64,000 nt of DNA from Pseudovirgaria hyperparasitica. Lineage: Eukaryota. The notes below the pieces were generated by a model. It was not told where the DNA came from. It did not search any database and saw only the letters and a list, made by a program, of their open reading frames with translations. The stretch lies in the NCBI GenBank assembly GCA_010093815.1, contig ML996567.1; one strand, 5' to 3'. Of the stretch, positions 62,681-64,000 are shown in pieces (positions within the stretch are counted from its first letter, which is position 1; each line of letters starts with the position of its first letter). The translations under genes and the position numbers were made by a program.

Positions 62681-63348
62681 CTACCCAACCCTCAAAACCA
62701 TAAACACACTAAACCCACCCTCCCCACCCCCAGCATACGGTCCACATTCCACAAACTCAAACTCCTCATACAGCCTCCTCGCACCCGCAAACTCCCCCGA
62801 CGACCCCGTCTCCGCATACACCTCCGCATAGCCCCTCCTCCGCGGCTCTTCGATGACATACCCGAGCAACGTCGCGCCCACGCCCTGCCGCAGAAACTCC
62901 GTGCTCGTCCGCATTGCTTTGATTTCGCATGCGTGTGTGGTACTTGTGTCTTGGGGGGGGGGGATAAGAAAGGTTCGTGTGAGTTTGGTTATAGGGCGTA
63001 ATTTCTATATGGATGGTAAAGTGGAGGTTGGTGAAGTGGTGGTTTGCGTGTGGTGGTATCTCGGGGGCACGTACTTATCTCCTTGAGCGCAGCTATGCCC
63101 ACGAGACGCCGCCCGTCGCTGTTGTCCTTGTCCTCCTCCTTCTCCTTGCCATTATTGCCATCGTTATCGTCGTCCTCCCACCAGGCCGTATAGCACGTCA
63201 CGCTCGCATCGCGCAGGCCATCTACGCCCAACACGCGTGCAGACGCAGTAGAGTCGGCGATTACGCTCGCCATATGGCGCGTGTGTTCTGCAAGGAGGGC
63301 TAGCACGCGTGGGTTTGTGAGTGGGTCTTGTTTTATGATGATGGGCAT
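62681..63348 (-). CDS. GNAT N-acetyltransferase, bacterial YsnE/YedL-like, 2 exons (~180 aa)
   Basis: Exons 63348-63075 and 62949-62681 join in frame; LALLAEH, LVGIAALKE, EIKAMRT, acetyl-CoA motif RQGVGATLL, ETGS..F..ARRLY..F.FVECGPY, FSVFM. Confidence 0.75.
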
Positions 63349-63845
63349 TGTGGGATTTTGTTGATTAGTGGATTTGAAGGGGGGAGGGGTTTGTGGAGGT
63401 GTGAGACGGATTATTGTGTGTTGTTTGATGGTGGTGTGGGTTGTGTGGGTTGAGGATCTGATAGTGCTTGCGCCCTGTGTTGTACATGCATGCGGTAGAG
63501 TCGGATTTTGGGAGGGTATGCTTGCGTGCGTGCGGGCTGGCTGGCTGGTTGGTGAGATGGGTTCTTGTAGACGCCAAAGTATAGACTCGGCACAGCTTTA
63601 GACTATAAGCGGCTATATTAGATGTAGATAATCCGGGTTTAAATCCTGCGTGTAAAGTGGAAAAAGCTCAGCATACGACAGAGTTCACTGTATGCTAACA
63701 TCTTCGGTATATTGAGAAAAAGCCACTATGCTGGGCAAGTCTATATTAAGTGCATGATGCACAATATGAACAAAATAGGATGACATAATGGGTATATAAA
63801 TATGTACAACCATCACGATAAAAACAAAAAACACCCAAACCTCCC

Positions 63846-64000
63846 TCAAACAGCCTCCTTGTCATTAATCGGATTAGCAGCCTTCTGCACCCCATCCTTG
63901 ACGCCCGCCTCCACCTTCTCCTTGCCCTCGCTTGTCTTCTTCCCCTTCTTCCCCTTGCCTTTAGGCAGACTAAAGCCGCTCATATTCCACTTCTTCACGC
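63846..64000 (-). CDS. 3' end of an unidentified gene running off the window
   Basis: Open frame VKKWNMSGFSLPKGKGKK...DKEAV* with coding-like composition; product cannot be called. Confidence 0.5.
   Translation of the reverse strand, partial: VKKWNMSGFSLPKGKGKKGKKTSEGKEKVEAGVKDGVQKAANPINDKEAV

Overview
Gene-dense window of a filamentous ascomycete chromosome (Pezizomycotina; probably Dothideomycetes, inferred from gene content and short GT-AG introns with CTRAC branch points). About 25 protein-coding genes can be supported, several only after manual splicing. Housekeeping genes: cyclin (partial), ATP14, TFIIB, GAL1, DPM1, SIP5, RAD26/CSB, CCDC174-like, DUF1765, DUF676 esterase, DAG/sphingoid kinase-like, ECM13-like. 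Secreted or accessory genes: Bys1-like protein, generic class II peroxidase, pectin methylesterase, HMT1-like half ABC transporter, LtrA-like membrane protein. No tRNA, rRNA or intact transposon was recognised. The best leads are (1) a 6-exon secreted protein with a hydrophobic hairpin and Cys-rich tail, hidden as fragments in the ORF track and convergent with an intronless atypical kinase (candidate toxin/effector module); (2) a bacterial YsnE/YedL-like GNAT acetyltransferase with one intron flanked by a 6-bp direct repeat (candidate HGT plus intron gain); (3) recurrent ~1 kb C/A-rich to G/T-rich skew-flip domains; and (4) a TpA-rich RIP-like relic. All family calls come from motif recognition, not database searches.
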